In this document: positions 37,268-47,584 of the stretch, one piece after another
Layout of the letters: each line of letters begins with the position of its first letter
How positions within the stretch are numbered: the first letter of the stretch is position 1
DNA from: a virus
Taxonomy: Duplodnaviria; Caudoviricetes
IMG/VR virus record: IMGVR_UViG_3300029305_001183
Span: 1,273-65,272 of that record
Reading direction: 5' to 3' (one strand)
DNA length: 64,000 bases
The notes under the pieces: generated by a model
Seen by the model: only the letters and a program-made list of their open reading frames with translations
Database searches by the model: none
Told to the model about the DNA's origin: nothing
Position numbers and translations under genes: made by a program

Positions 37268-37453
37268 TTACGGTGCAATACCTACATCCCATTCGTATTC
37301 GTCGTCGCCTTCATATTCTTTTACCCATTTCTCATACTCATCTCCAAGTAGAACTCGGACCATTTGGTCAATGACCCACATCTTGTGGTGACCGCCATCA
37401 ATTTGCCCGTATTGCCATGCGAGGTCAAGAGCATCTTCAATTCTTTTCTCCAT
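37268..37453 (-). CDS. hypothetical protein (YGQIDGGHHKMWVIDQM)
   Basis: Conserved phage-like motif, SD. Confidence 0.7.
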   Translation of the reverse strand: MEKRIEDALDLAWQYGQIDGGHHKMWVIDQMVRVLLGDEYEKWVKEYEGDDEYEWDVGIAP

Positions 37454-37482
37454 CTTCCGTTTCTCCTAATCATTTTGTTGTG

Positions 37483-37680
37483 TTAAACCAAAGTACATAC
37501 GACTTTTGTAACGGTTTCAATTGTTTCTGGCTCACGTTGAGTGCCAACCTCAAGCTTTCCAAGTATAAATTGAAGTGGCGTACCATACATAGGATCAGAC
37601 AGGCAGTATCCGTTCTTCAATAAATATTCTCGGATTGCCTCTTCGAGTTCCTTGTGGTTAAGTTCTACGGTGTGTTTCAT
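37483..37680 (-). CDS. hypothetical protein
   Basis: Start MKHTV after SD GGAGG. Confidence 0.6.
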   Translation of the reverse strand: MKHTVELNHKELEEAIREYLLKNGYCLSDPMYGTPLQFILGKLEVGTQREPETIETVTKVVCTLV

Positions 37681-37691
37681 AAGTTGCCTCC

Positions 37692-37775
37692 AGTTATTTT
37701 GTTGTGTCATTATTATAATGCGAGAAGTGGGTTTTGTCAAGGTGGTTTGGTATTTATTTACATATTGTTTACAAT
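37692..37775 (-). promoter_or_regulatory. sigma-A promoter with TGTAAA box and degenerate operator-like box
   Basis: TTGACA 37735-40, 17 bp, TATAAT 37712-17; box 37756-75. Confidence 0.8.
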
Positions 37776-39349
37776 TACTGGATATAGCCGTGCTTGAATT
37801 TCGCTTTTGCCGCATCGGACCAAAGTCCCCATGCACCCTGGAATGAAAAGATATATCCTATACCAGTATCGGAACTTACTGCTCCTGATGAACGGCTCTT
37901 CTCGATAAACACCGCTCTATATACCATATCGTCCTTCGGCTGCCATCCAACATTCTCCCATTGATTTGTATGCTTATTTAATACCGTTTTGAAAGGATTG
38001 CAGTAGAATTTACTCGAAGGATCGAACTCTTCTTGATACATTGAACGACACAAAATCATCAAGTCGCATACCTCTTTAATCTGCTTACTCATTGATAATA
38101 CCGAGCTGTCAAGGAATAGTTTCCCGAGCGTATTAATCGCTAACTGTAAAGTACAGATTACCTGAGTGCCGGGATACTTACGAGAAAGTGTCTCAAATCT
38201 ACGGCTATCTTGAATAAGAGAAAGCCAACTGTTATCATTGTTGGTGGACAAATCTATCTTAAATGTGTCATAAACACAAGTATTTACGCCTTTATTGAGA
38301 ATATATAATCTCATCTTCTTAATCGCCAAACTTACATCACTATCTGGAATACTGATAAAATAAAGTTGACCCTTATATCTCTGTCTCCAATACTCCTGAG
38401 CCTTGGCAATATATTCTCTATCTTCCTTGCTAATATTTCCGTTAATCAGTTTGGTTTTAGTTAAGTTATAATAATTAAAATGCTTGGTTAGAATCAGTAA
38501 CAGAAATCCAATCTTAAACGCCTTAGATCTCTGCTCATTGGAAATTATCATACACTTACGACCCTCGTGCATCATCGAAAGAAGAATGCTAAGAACCATC
38601 GTTGTTTTTCCAACGTTGGAATAACCCCCTATGATAGTCATACCGTCTGGAATACCATTCACTTGTTTTGAAAAGTATTTTAGAGCTTCAACGGGATTTC
38701 CAAGATAATCGTCGTCAAAATATTCGAATGGAGTACCTGCTTCCTCTCCGTTTTCAAGAGATTCGATGAACTCGTCCGTAATGTCTAATTCTTCTTCCTC
38801 AAGAACCCTACTGGAATAGCCTGTGCCAAAACTTTCAAGCTTCGCAGCATACCAATCTGTTACTTGCTCACTTGACATTTTAGAGAAGAGCTTCAACGGA
38901 TTAATTGTTTTGCCATCATATTTGATTGGTTCAAGTAGATTAAATCCAAACTTGTGCATATCAATAATCATATTCGACTTCAAAAGATTATCCAAATAGC
39001 TTTCATAGTTCTGATTATTTACGCAATCAGCCATATTCCTGATTGCCTTAAAGCCACCAATCTCTTCGAGTTTCGCTTTAACATCGTCTGATGCATAAGT
39101 TAACACAGATACCTCATCGAAGACTGTGCATTTTTTCTCACGAAGAGTTTTCAAAATCCCATATACGAGCCTTGCATCCTTAGTTAAAAACTTTGAACTG
39201 TCTATGTTAGTATCCTCTACCAAAAGCATATCGTTAACCATACTTCCGATGACATTCGCTTCCACATTGATTCGCCCCTCCAATAACTCCTTAGGGATGG
39301 TGTCGGTGACGCCGCTTATATATAAATTATTCATCATCATCCTCCTCAA
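37775..39349 (-). CDS. dnaB: DnaB-like replicative helicase
   Basis: GGYSNVGKT Walker A, ISNEQ, CVYDT, TLQL, KQIKEVCD, EKSR. Confidence 0.88.
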   Translation of the reverse strand: MRRMMMNNLYISGVTDTIPKELLEGRINVEANVIGSMVNDMLLVEDTNIDSSKFLTKDARLVYGILKTLREKKCTVFDEVSVLTYASDDVKAKLEEIGGFKAIRNMADCVNNQNYESYLDNLLKSNMIIDMHKFGFNLLEPIKYDGKTINPLKLFSKMSSEQVTDWYAAKLESFGTGYSSRVLEEEELDITDEFIESLENGEEAGTPFEYFDDDYLGNPVEALKYFSKQVNGIPDGMTIIGGYSNVGKTTMVLSILLSMMHEGRKCMIISNEQRSKAFKIGFLLLILTKHFNYYNLTKTKLINGNISKEDREYIAKAQEYWRQRYKGQLYFISIPDSDVSLAIKKMRLYILNKGVNTCVYDTFKIDLSTNNDNSWLSLIQDSRRFETLSRKYPGTQVICTLQLAINTLGKLFLDSSVLSMSKQIKEVCDLMILCRSMYQEEFDPSSKFYCNPFKTVLNKHTNQWENVGWQPKDDMVYRAVFIEKSRSSGAVSSDTGIGYIFSFQGAWGLWSDAAKAKFKHGYIQ

Positions 39350-39830
39350 AATCCTCTAGGGCTCGTCTTACCTTTGCCTTATACTTTGTTTCATAGTGTT
39401 CTTCCACCACAACCTTTGGCTTCTCTGCAACCTCAACTCTCGGTTTAAAGTCCCTCAAACTATTCTTCAAAACCGCACTTATATAACGAATTTTGGCATA
39501 CTCCGTCCCAGATAACCTAGCAATCGCCGAGGACAAGTAATCCTTCTTTTCTTCTAAGTACTTAGCGATAAATTCGTCAGAAAATGCCTTATTCCACTCT
39601 AGTTTCTCTTTCCAGAGTGCCGTATTCAAAACTTCGTTAACGCCCATAATATCGCATATCAAACGATACACTCTATCCTTATCCTCAGTCGCCTTCTTCT
39701 TGCGTTCTTCTTCTGCCTCGAACTCAGATTGGCTGCAGAAGTATTTATTCTTTCCGTTCTTATCAGTCACCTTATACGCAACATTTGTGTCTAATACGCT
39801 GTCACAAATTTTGCATTTGCATCTTGCCAT
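39327..39830 (-). CDS. Zn-finger protein upstream of the helicase (possible loader)
   Basis: CKCKIC..YFCS; position resembles SPbeta yorH. Confidence 0.6.
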   Translation of the reverse strand: MARCKCKICDSVLDTNVAYKVTDKNGKNKYFCSQSEFEAEEERKKKATEDKDRVYRLICDIMGVNEVLNTALWKEKLEWNKAFSDEFIAKYLEEKKDYLSSAIARLSGTEYAKIRYISAVLKNSLRDFKPRVEVAEKPKVVVEEHYETKYKAKVRRALEDFEEDDDE

Positions 39831-40009
39831 CTCAATTCACCTCACCAACACCGTCTGGAATTTCTATCTTATATATATTCTTGCCACCATCACATACGCA
39901 TCGATTTGGACACTCCGAACAATTAACTACGGTGGCTTCGATAGGTTCTTTATTGGAGTCATAGACTATCGTCTGAAAACTATATTGTTTACAAGTTTCT
40001 TTCGCCATC

Positions 40010-40267
40010 TCAACACACCTCTCTCACCGGAACTGCCGTAAAGTCAAGAGTCTCTTCCACTCCTGCTTCCACATAGTTCGTAGTGCTCGTAATTCTATAC
40101 AACTTACCATTATACTTGATTATCTGAGTATCACCCTCTTTGTCAAAGAGTGCGTTAAGGTAACCAATTTCTCTCTGGAGCATCTTATTTTCTTCGTATG
40201 TCTGAAAATATCGCTCTTGATACTTATCAAAAAGTTCTTCACTCAATACAACTTGTCTTTTCTTCAT
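40010..40267 (-). CDS. hypothetical protein
   Basis: ORF track. Confidence 0.6.
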   Translation of the reverse strand: MKKRQVVLSEELFDKYQERYFQTYEENKMLQREIGYLNALFDKEGDTQIIKYNGKLYRITSTTNYVEAGVEETLDFTAVPVREVC

Positions 40268-40279
40268 CTCAATCCCTCC

Positions 40280-40546
40280 TCAATCTAGCCAGTCACTATG
40301 GCCAAACCTCTGCTCTGCCGTCTGCCTATCATACTCCGACTGATTCTCTATGGCTTCCTTGCTCGTGCAGAGCATCCTTGTAAACGGATCTTCGCAAAGC
40401 CCATAACCATCTACGTGCTTCTGTACAATTGCCCAAATCTCCTCAAAAGTATATGGGCCATCATGAGTCATTGTGAGAACCTCAAAATCTGAGAGTATAT
40501 TAACTGCAACCTGTTGCATCGGATGTGTAATTTTCTTCTGTTTCAT
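40280..40546 (-). CDS. hypothetical protein
   Basis: ORF track. Confidence 0.6.
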   Translation of the reverse strand: MKQKKITHPMQQVAVNILSDFEVLTMTHDGPYTFEEIWAIVQKHVDGYGLCEDPFTRMLCTSKEAIENQSEYDRQTAEQRFGHSDWLD

Positions 40547-40564
40547 TTTCTTCTCCTTATGCTG

Positions 40565-40596
40565 GAAAATGGATGGTGGCTTTCACCACCACCCAT
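40565..40596 (-). terminator. intrinsic terminator after the AAA ATPase gene
   Basis: 12-bp stem ATGGGTGGTGGT-GAAA-GCCACCATCCAT then TTT. Confidence 0.7.
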
Positions 40597-40606
40597 TAAT
40601 TGTTTA

Positions 40607-41866
40607 TTAAACCTCGTCGTTCAGTCCAAGGATTTCCTCGATAGCATTGACGTCGCTCTTGGCCATTGTATCGGCAAGCTTATTGCCATATGCAGTCAGA
40701 TGGGTCTTGACCTTTGCCTTTGCAGAAGCGTCAGCACCCTTGAATGCATTTCTAATCGCAGTAAGACGGTCTGCATCAAGAGTAATCATAGCATCTTCGT
40801 CTTCGGTTTCTTCATCAAAAATGTCATCGATCTCGGAATTTACATCAAAGGGAGGAGTGTCCTCTTCCTTCTCCTCTACTGATTCAACTGCCTCTCTAAG
40901 CGCTGCAAGGAGTTCAGCATCTTCCTGGTCATGCTCTTCCTCTACTACAGGGGGCTTCTTGGTGGATTTCTTGGGAGTGGACTTCTTAGTAGTAGGTTCT
41001 ACATCAATTCCCTTTTCTGCCGCCTTATTGATAGCGTCCTGAATTGCTTCAACGAACGCAGATGCGTCCATAGGAACTTCGTCAATTATATCGGGGAATC
41101 TGCATTTACTGTCAAGAACATATGCAGATGATCTAAATGCAACCTTACGAGCCTCATTTGTTACCTCATTAATCTTTGCCTGCTTCTTAGTAACAATATT
41201 TTCCTTGCCAAAATCCTTGGAAACCATCTCCCTATCGATGTACGCGATAGCCACGATGTCCATTTTTGTGCGAATTGTCTCAAAATTCTTAAGCGAGATT
41301 GCCGCGCTCATAGTAGAATATGTCAGACCGCTCACAGGGTCAACATTTTCACGTCTGCGCGTATGACCTACGATAAATACTGCCACACCGACAGACTTAA
41401 GACGCCAAATCTGGTCCAGGATAAGACTCATCATCTTCTCGTCGCCTTTTCCAAATCCGCCCCAACTCTGATTTAGAGTGTCTGCCTGAACAAAGTCTTT
41501 CTTGCCCATCTGAGATGTATTCCAAAGTCTAATTGTATGCGGAGTTGCAATCTCAATCAACTGGTCGATTGTGTCTAGTGTTACGCACTTAAGCGTACCC
41601 CAATCATCTCTATTTTTAACAACTTCATCTACAAAAGACACAAACTGCTTCCAAGTATCAATCTGGTCCCACATTAGGCCGTTAATTGCCTTACATCCTT
41701 CCTCTTTACCAATCTGAAGGACGATATATTCGTCCGGCTTGCAGAACTTTCTCATAACCTCTGCAATCATTGTGGTTTTTCCACATCCACTTTCTCCTAA
41801 GAGCATCGTATTATACGCAAACATATCTCTGTTTACCGTATTCTGACGTCCAAAACTTCTTGCCAT
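40607..41866 (-). CDS. AAA_24-type ATPase (Sak4-like recombination protein)
   Basis: GESGCGKTT, TLDTIDQL, GGFGKG, IVGH, KCRFP; acidic tail. Confidence 0.8.
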   Translation of the reverse strand: MARSFGRQNTVNRDMFAYNTMLLGESGCGKTTMIAEVMRKFCKPDEYIVLQIGKEEGCKAINGLMWDQIDTWKQFVSFVDEVVKNRDDWGTLKCVTLDTIDQLIEIATPHTIRLWNTSQMGKKDFVQADTLNQSWGGFGKGDEKMMSLILDQIWRLKSVGVAVFIVGHTRRRENVDPVSGLTYSTMSAAISLKNFETIRTKMDIVAIAYIDREMVSKDFGKENIVTKKQAKINEVTNEARKVAFRSSAYVLDSKCRFPDIIDEVPMDASAFVEAIQDAINKAAEKGIDVEPTTKKSTPKKSTKKPPVVEEEHDQEDAELLAALREAVESVEEKEEDTPPFDVNSEIDDIFDEETEDEDAMITLDADRLTAIRNAFKGADASAKAKVKTHLTAYGNKLADTMAKSDVNAIEEILGLNDEV

Positions 41867-41898
41867 AATAATCTTTCTCCTTTTATTCATTAATATTT

Positions 41899-42759
41899 TT
41901 AATCATTTTGTTGTGTTTGTTGTTCATAATCTTCAAGATACATCCACTTAAAACCATACGCTGTTTTAAGTTTCTCAGGATGAGAACAACATGTAATAAT
42001 GTTCCACGGTTTAACTCCTAAAAAATCTGCCGCCAATGTAACATAATCCCACTTACGAATAAATTCGCCGTCTTTTGTTAATTGTACAATAGGTCTGGCC
42101 CTTGGGTTGTCTGCTCCACATAATGGGTTTAGATGGCGCGGATTATTATCTCCTGCCCACCTAGAAACCTTTGGGTTATCGCGATCAACATTGTTGTAGT
42201 TGGTTTTCTTTTTTCTTTTATTAGTTTGTTCGCACTTATCTCGACCTTTGTAGTTTGGATTGTTTTCGCCGCTGTTCCGTCCCTTGGTTCTTTCTGACAT
42301 CATCCTTCTCCATTCTTCAGTGCAGCGTGCTTTAGCGGATGCGCTCATTTTTTGTCTAGTTTCTTCTGTTGGATTTTTATTTGCCCGACTAATTTTATCA
42401 CGGGATTCTTGCGATAGTTCTTTTCCTTTTTCTCCTCCTGAAGTTAAGTTGTAACCATATCGTTGATCCATAGAATTGTATTGTTCTATGAGTTCTCGTT
42501 CCATCGTCTCAGCTTCATCTGAGGTTAATTTGTCTGCAATAATCTCGTGCTTAAAATTATTCCAACCATAAAATTTGATGGCATTAGTAAAATGATAGTT
42601 GTGATTATATCCTCTCCCATTTAACCATCGTTGTTCTGGTGGGTTCTTACTAGTAATACCAATATAAACTTTTCCACTAGGAGATGTGTGCATATAAACA
42701 CACCATTTCCTATCTGTTTCTGTTAATTCCGTAGATTCTGATGTGTGTAGTTCTTCCAT
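41899..42759 (-). CDS. GIY-YIG homing endonuclease with NUMOD3/NUMOD1
   Basis: CVYMHTSPSGKVYIGIT, GYNLTSGG, SQESRDKIS/TEETRQKMS repeats, TAYGFKW. Confidence 0.9.
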   Translation of the reverse strand: MEELHTSESTELTETDRKWCVYMHTSPSGKVYIGITSKNPPEQRWLNGRGYNHNYHFTNAIKFYGWNNFKHEIIADKLTSDEAETMERELIEQYNSMDQRYGYNLTSGGEKGKELSQESRDKISRANKNPTEETRQKMSASAKARCTEEWRRMMSERTKGRNSGENNPNYKGRDKCEQTNKRKKKTNYNNVDRDNPKVSRWAGDNNPRHLNPLCGADNPRARPIVQLTKDGEFIRKWDYVTLAADFLGVKPWNIITCCSHPEKLKTAYGFKWMYLEDYEQQTQQND

Positions 42760-42824
42760 AAACCCTTACATAATAAGAGTTCTTTTGCTTATTCTTTTAA
42801 TCTCCTATATATTGTCACCTTTCC

Positions 42825-43145
42825 TTAGTGTTCCTTATAAGTCCAACGATAAGCCTTATATTCTTTTGCATCAAATTCGTCAAGCATTTCATCTGTCATT
42901 ACATAACCATCTTCAGTCATCATCCAATTGTTATCGTGCTGATTTGCCTCGCAACACAGAAAAATTCCTTCTTCTCTGAACTTACCAATGACTTCAAAAT
43001 ATTTATCGTTTGCAGGAGTATCATCAATATCAGAGTATGTATCGCACAACACGCCGCCAAACTCCTGAAGTTCATTAAGCAGTTCATTATGATATCGAAT
43101 CATTTCATAAATTGTTTCTTTCATATCCAATTTACCCTCTCTCAT
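42825..43145 (-). CDS. hypothetical protein
   Basis: ORF track. Confidence 0.55.
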   Translation of the reverse strand: MREGKLDMKETIYEMIRYHNELLNELQEFGGVLCDTYSDIDDTPANDKYFEVIGKFREEGIFLCCEANQHDNNWMMTEDGYVMTDEMLDEFDAKEYKAYRWTYKEH

Positions 43146-44266
43146 CAGATTGAATCTTCATCATCGTTTCCAAAAATGTCAACTTCCTCTTCAACTTCCT
43201 CAATCACGGGCAACTTGCGAATGTCGTCCTCAGTATAGACCGTGGGTTCACTACCCTTTACACTCGTTCTAGACAACGACTGCACACGGTACTCAGTAAT
43301 TCGATTTCCCATCATATTACCACCAAGAGCCTTGATTGCGTCTTCCTCGGAAATCAGACCCATATCGATATTGTCTCTAGTTTCCTCATCAAGGTCATCG
43401 TATGTAATTGCAAGCGACTCAGCCCCATCGATCATCTGGCACACAAGTCCGACCTTTCTCACCGTTGCCTCATCATCAAACTTCTCAAACATCTTCTTGA
43501 ACGCATTTGCCTTCTTCTCTGCCTTCTCGTCGCCATTACCATTGATAACAAGAGTCAGAGGAACAAATCTATTAGCCTTAACAGAGCTGAAATAATGGTC
43601 AGTAAAACAATTGAAGAAATACTTCTTAGTATCATCATAAGAATCTGCATCAACCGCATCCTCAGTATAGAATGCATTAATAGTCATCTCTGCCTTGCAA
43701 GGTGTGTCGTCCGCGACACGGTACATTTTGTCCACGGAAAGCGTTCTATAGAACTGATTCTTAGACTCGCTATACTGGAATTCAATCGTACCAAGAATTC
43801 TAAACTTGGCATCTGCGTACTTGCCACTATCAATGACACGTTTTACAAGCGCCGCATATTCAGTCTTCTCGATAAACTGATGGTTCTTCTTCTGTGCTTC
43901 TTCTGCCTTGCCCTCGTCTTCAAGCGCCTTTCTCTCGTCATAAGTAAGCAGATTACAAGTATATACTCTAAATCCAGCAACCTGCTCAATGACTTCAGGC
44001 TTCTTTCTGTCCTCCCACTTGACTTCAAGCTTGGTTGCCTTCTTGCCTGGTTCAGCCTTGGCTAGCGTTACGATCTTGTTCTTCTTGTCGTCAACCCACT
44101 TGCCGCCGCCAATCTCTAAACCGAAACGATTCGTGCCAGAAATCGCATTGAAGCGATATCTCGTGTTCTGCCAACCACTATTGAAGTCACGAACCTCAAA
44201 GGGCTTAAATGTGTCTGTTTCTTTTGCGGCCTTGAGCGTCGCAATAATTTCAAAATTAATACTCAT
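43145..44266 (-). CDS. putative ssDNA-binding protein
   Basis: Beta-rich, acidic C-tail (EEEVDIFGNDDEDSI), position at head of the replication operon. Confidence 0.55.
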   Translation of the reverse strand: MSINFEIIATLKAAKETDTFKPFEVRDFNSGWQNTRYRFNAISGTNRFGLEIGGGKWVDDKKNKIVTLAKAEPGKKATKLEVKWEDRKKPEVIEQVAGFRVYTCNLLTYDERKALEDEGKAEEAQKKNHQFIEKTEYAALVKRVIDSGKYADAKFRILGTIEFQYSESKNQFYRTLSVDKMYRVADDTPCKAEMTINAFYTEDAVDADSYDDTKKYFFNCFTDHYFSSVKANRFVPLTLVINGNGDEKAEKKANAFKKMFEKFDDEATVRKVGLVCQMIDGAESLAITYDDLDEETRDNIDMGLISEEDAIKALGGNMMGNRITEYRVQSLSRTSVKGSEPTVYTEDDIRKLPVIEEVEEEVDIFGNDDEDSI

Positions 44267-44303
44267 TTTTCTTTTCCTTTCTAATTTTAATCATTTTGTA
44301 TTG

Positions 44304-44516
44304 TTAAATAAAATAACGTTCATCTAAAAATGTATCACCGGATTCATAAACGCCGTCTCGGTGTTCTCCGATTAACAAATGCTTAGTGCCATCCCGGCAT
44401 CTCGGACAGTAAATCGGTTGTGTATATAAATCGTCGTCTGAGATCGACGCATCTTTATTTTTAACTTGATGCAAGGCTCCGCATGTTTTGCATTGCACCC
44501 AAACCTTATCCCCCAT
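44304..44516 (-). CDS. Zn-ribbon protein
   Basis: CKTCG...YCPRC. Confidence 0.65.
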   Translation of the reverse strand: MGDKVWVQCKTCGALHQVKNKDASISDDDLYTQPIYCPRCRDGTKHLLIGEHRDGVYESGDTFLDERYFI

Positions 44517-44540
44517 AAATTAGCCCTCCTTTCTGCTGAC

Positions 44541-44630
44541 AATCATTTTGTTTTCTAACTGCCTATATAATAGCATAAAGAGAGCCTTTTGTCAATACCC
44601 TTTCACCATTGTTTACATTTTATTTACAAT
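44541..44630 (-). promoter_or_regulatory. sigma-A promoter with both boxes (replication operon)
   Basis: TTGACA 44590-95, TATTAT 44567-72; boxes 44611-30 and 44541-50. Confidence 0.75.
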
Positions 44631-44906
44631 TACCCCAATCTCCAGCATATCATCTCCCACCACAAACATATTCCCACTAGTGCAGAACTCGACTACCTTC
44701 TGCTTGTACACGAACAATTCAGTTCCCTTCACTACAATTCCAATCTTCTCGTCATCGTTTACCACCTGGAGCTCATCACACCCATATTTCTGCTCACCAA
44801 ATAATAAATGCTTTAATGTCACATTTCCGCGTAGTCCTTGTAACTGATTCCATTCGTCATATTTTCTCATCTGTCTTTCCCTTTCGTCGATAAATAAAAT
44901 TCTCAT
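44613..44906 (-). CDS. hypothetical protein
   Basis: ORF track. Confidence 0.55.
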   Translation of the reverse strand: MRILFIDERERQMRKYDEWNQLQGLRGNVTLKHLLFGEQKYGCDELQVVNDDEKIGIVVKGTELFVYKQKVVEFCTSGNMFVVGDDMLEIGVIVNKM

Positions 44907-45097
44907 GTATAATTATACACCGAACATCCATTCGGTGCAACCCATAAAATTTGGTAAATTTAGGCAGTATTCACCAAAATTATCAATATTAGTGGAATTA
45001 CTACTAAAATACCCAATACAATTGCCCAACTATGTCTTTCCCATTTCATTAATGTCCTCCTTAATCATTTTGTATTGTTTATATAGAAGAGAGAAGC

Positions 45098-46075
45098 CTA
45101 ATCCATAAAGGCTTCAAACTTCTCAAGTAAAATTTGTGCATACAAATCAGACATAATGTCGTATCTCTTCGCTAATTCCCCTGCCATATTTGTTTTCACA
45201 AACTCTCTAAATGTCATACCCATTTCTTTTATACCCTGTTGAAGATGCCATAATAAACCGCTTGACTGTAATCCTGTCGGAGATATCTTAACGCCAAGAT
45301 CCTTAGATATCAATGCAACTCTTCTTAACAAGAATCTGTAACGTCTTTCTAAATCTGCCTCACTATTCCAATCTGAGTTACTTGACAAGGCGTTTGCTCT
45401 TACTTTATATATGCCGTGAGAAACAACCTTGGCAACACGCGCCGTTGAGCCAAATGACAATAACTCATCCTCTTCGCAAGCGGCCTTGAACAATTCATAA
45501 GTTTCCTTATCTATAGGTATGCTTTTCCCAGTCTTGAAATACACGGTATAGTCACTTGTATCCACCTGAGAAATCTCAAAGAAGGATAATTCCCTTAGCC
45601 ACAATGATCCGAACCCAAGGAACAGGGCTTCAATGATGGCTTTGTCCGTGTAGTTCAACAAGTTCGCCTTGATATCATCCACATCTTCTCTGCTCAGAAC
45701 CAGACTCTTTTGCTTCTCCGTATCAACAACCGTCTCAAGCATATCCTTTGTAATCTTTTCATATGCACTGCCGATGGCCCTTCCATGCTTATAGCAGAAC
45801 CACCTTGACGCATTCTTTAATATTAAATTCGTGTTTTGCAACGATACTATCGAAACTGCGTGAGCACTTTCGTACATTTCTAAGGCTTCGTCCGTGGTAA
45901 ATTCATAAAACGGCTTCATGAACCTCTTTTCGAACCCAACTGCCCTATTAAGCACTGCTCTTGTTGTCGTTTCTATTATCACTTTACTACGTTTGTACTC
46001 GTCTAAAAAGGTTTCAATGTCCTTTTCACTAGTATACACATATATCGACTCCTTATTTTTTATTTCGTTTGACAT
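45098..46075 (-). CDS. catalytically inactive tyrosine-recombinase-fold protein (MrpR/YopR-like repressor)
   Basis: 325 aa; DKAIIEALFLGF..LRELS and PTGLQSSG replace the RHRH catalytic motifs; sits at the head of the replication arm as SPbeta mrpR does. Confidence 0.65.
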   Translation of the reverse strand: MSNEIKNKESIYVYTSEKDIETFLDEYKRSKVIIETTTRAVLNRAVGFEKRFMKPFYEFTTDEALEMYESAHAVSIVSLQNTNLILKNASRWFCYKHGRAIGSAYEKITKDMLETVVDTEKQKSLVLSREDVDDIKANLLNYTDKAIIEALFLGFGSLWLRELSFFEISQVDTSDYTVYFKTGKSIPIDKETYELFKAACEEDELLSFGSTARVAKVVSHGIYKVRANALSSNSDWNSEADLERRYRFLLRRVALISKDLGVKISPTGLQSSGLLWHLQQGIKEMGMTFREFVKTNMAGELAKRYDIMSDLYAQILLEKFEAFMD

Positions 46076-46084
46076 TATAACATA

Positions 46085-46111
46085 ACAAAATGATTAATGC
46101 AATCATTTTGT
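46085..46111. repeat. perfect 11-5-11 inverted repeat of the window-wide box
   Basis: ACAAAATGATT-AATGC-AATCATTTTGT fills the 38-bp gap between the recombinase stop and the MrpR-like start. Confidence 0.9.
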
Positions 46112-46113
46112 GG

Positions 46114-47088
46114 TTAGAAAAGATTGTCAAGTGCGTTAGTTGCGTTTTGTTTATTCTGCTCAAGCACTGCCGCATAACGCTGAGTTGTTGTTACAGAACT
46201 ATGTCCTAAAATATCTGCGACCGTCTGAATGTCTATACCAGCTTTTACAAGATTTGTAGCAGCAGAAGATCTCATTTTGTGAGGTGTAATATGCTTTCCG
46301 TTGATTCCATTTGCATATTTATCCATCAACTTTCTTACTCCTTCCGTGGTCAATCTTCGTCTCCACTGGGAAATAAATAGAGCGTCCGTATCTACATCTT
46401 CGAAATATGTTTGTCGATCTACGAGCCACGCAGACAAAATGTTGCGAACATTCGTTCCGAATCTTAAATACCTTTCTTTGCTTCCCTTTTCAATAACATG
46501 AATGGTATTTTCTTTAAAGTCGATGTCACCGATATTAATTTGTACAAGCGCACCAACACGGATACCGGTACTTACTCCAATAGCTATAATAGCCAAATCC
46601 CTATTAACGAATTGAGGTTTAGACTCATTCTTAATTTTATCAAGGATACTATTAATTTCATCTTGTTCTAAATAAACAATGGCCTGTTCCTTTTTATTCT
46701 TTGGTCTTTTTGTCTTGGCCATCGGATTCGTATCCATATAATCGTCCATAACTAAGAATGAATAAAATGCATTCAAAGCACTCCATCTTGAAGCCTGGAT
46801 ACTATCGCCATTTTTTATCTCTCTCCCATTTTCTGTTCTTCTTCTCAATGATACAAGATACTCTCTAATCTGCGTCACAGTAACATTTTTATAGAACTCA
46901 TCTATGTCATCATGTGCAACATCATTCATAAAATCTGCTACATACTCAATATAGTGTTTCATTGTAATATACGACTTCTGATCCGCTTCCATATAGTTGT
47001 AAAAGTGAGTAAATATAGAAGGTAATGTTTGCAACTTTTCCTCAATTTTATTTCTCAATTTGTTTTCGTTTTCAATTCTTCCGCTCAT
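46114..47088 (-). CDS. tyrosine recombinase/integrase (XerC-like), catalytic residues intact
   Basis: NRD..TGIRVG, EKG, HKMR, LGH, TTQRY. Confidence 0.92.
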   Translation of the reverse strand: MSGRIENENKLRNKIEEKLQTLPSIFTHFYNYMEADQKSYITMKHYIEYVADFMNDVAHDDIDEFYKNVTVTQIREYLVSLRRRTENGREIKNGDSIQASRWSALNAFYSFLVMDDYMDTNPMAKTKRPKNKKEQAIVYLEQDEINSILDKIKNESKPQFVNRDLAIIAIGVSTGIRVGALVQINIGDIDFKENTIHVIEKGSKERYLRFGTNVRNILSAWLVDRQTYFEDVDTDALFISQWRRRLTTEGVRKLMDKYANGINGKHITPHKMRSSAATNLVKAGIDIQTVADILGHSSVTTTQRYAAVLEQNKQNATNALDNLF

Positions 47089-47101
47089 AGTGCATTCTCC
47101 T

Positions 47102-47584
47102 TTACTTCTTATTATTTAAAAATCCGTTTTTCCAAAGAATAAATACCGCAGTTGTAAATCCCCAAATTAAAAATCTATCCTTAAAAATTGTACCAAGAGC
47201 CATAATCACAATATACCAAATCCATGCAACCTCAATATCCCACGATGGAGGTCTATCTCTTTCTGGCAATCCAAAACCACCACCTGATTTTTCGACTGTC
47301 TGCAGATTAGGTTTAACTGGAACAACAATCTCAAGGCAATAATCATTCACACCGGCCCGATTGTATGAATTATACAACCCATAGTCTTCTTTGTTGATTA
47401 ACTCAAAATTATTTCTATCGTTTCCAAAGTGCCATCCAGTGAATCTAACAAGCCGTGGACCGTATGGACCCTTGATTTTGCAAATTGTACCAACATCATA
47501 GTACTCGCCCTTGTATTTCATGTACTTATCTGCAAGTTGGTCATTATAATCAAACTCCCAATCGATCCAAAGCATAGCCAGCAC
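47102..47584 (-). CDS. membrane protein
   Basis: Two C-terminal TM helices. Confidence 0.6.
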   Translation of the reverse strand: MLAMLWIDWEFDYNDQLADKYMKYKGEYYDVGTICKIKGPYGPRLVRFTGWHFGNDRNNFELINKEDYGLYNSYNRAGVNDYCLEIVVPVKPNLQTVEKSGGGFGLPERDRPPSWDIEVAWIWYIVIMALGTIFKDRFLIWGFTTAVFILWKNGFLNNKK

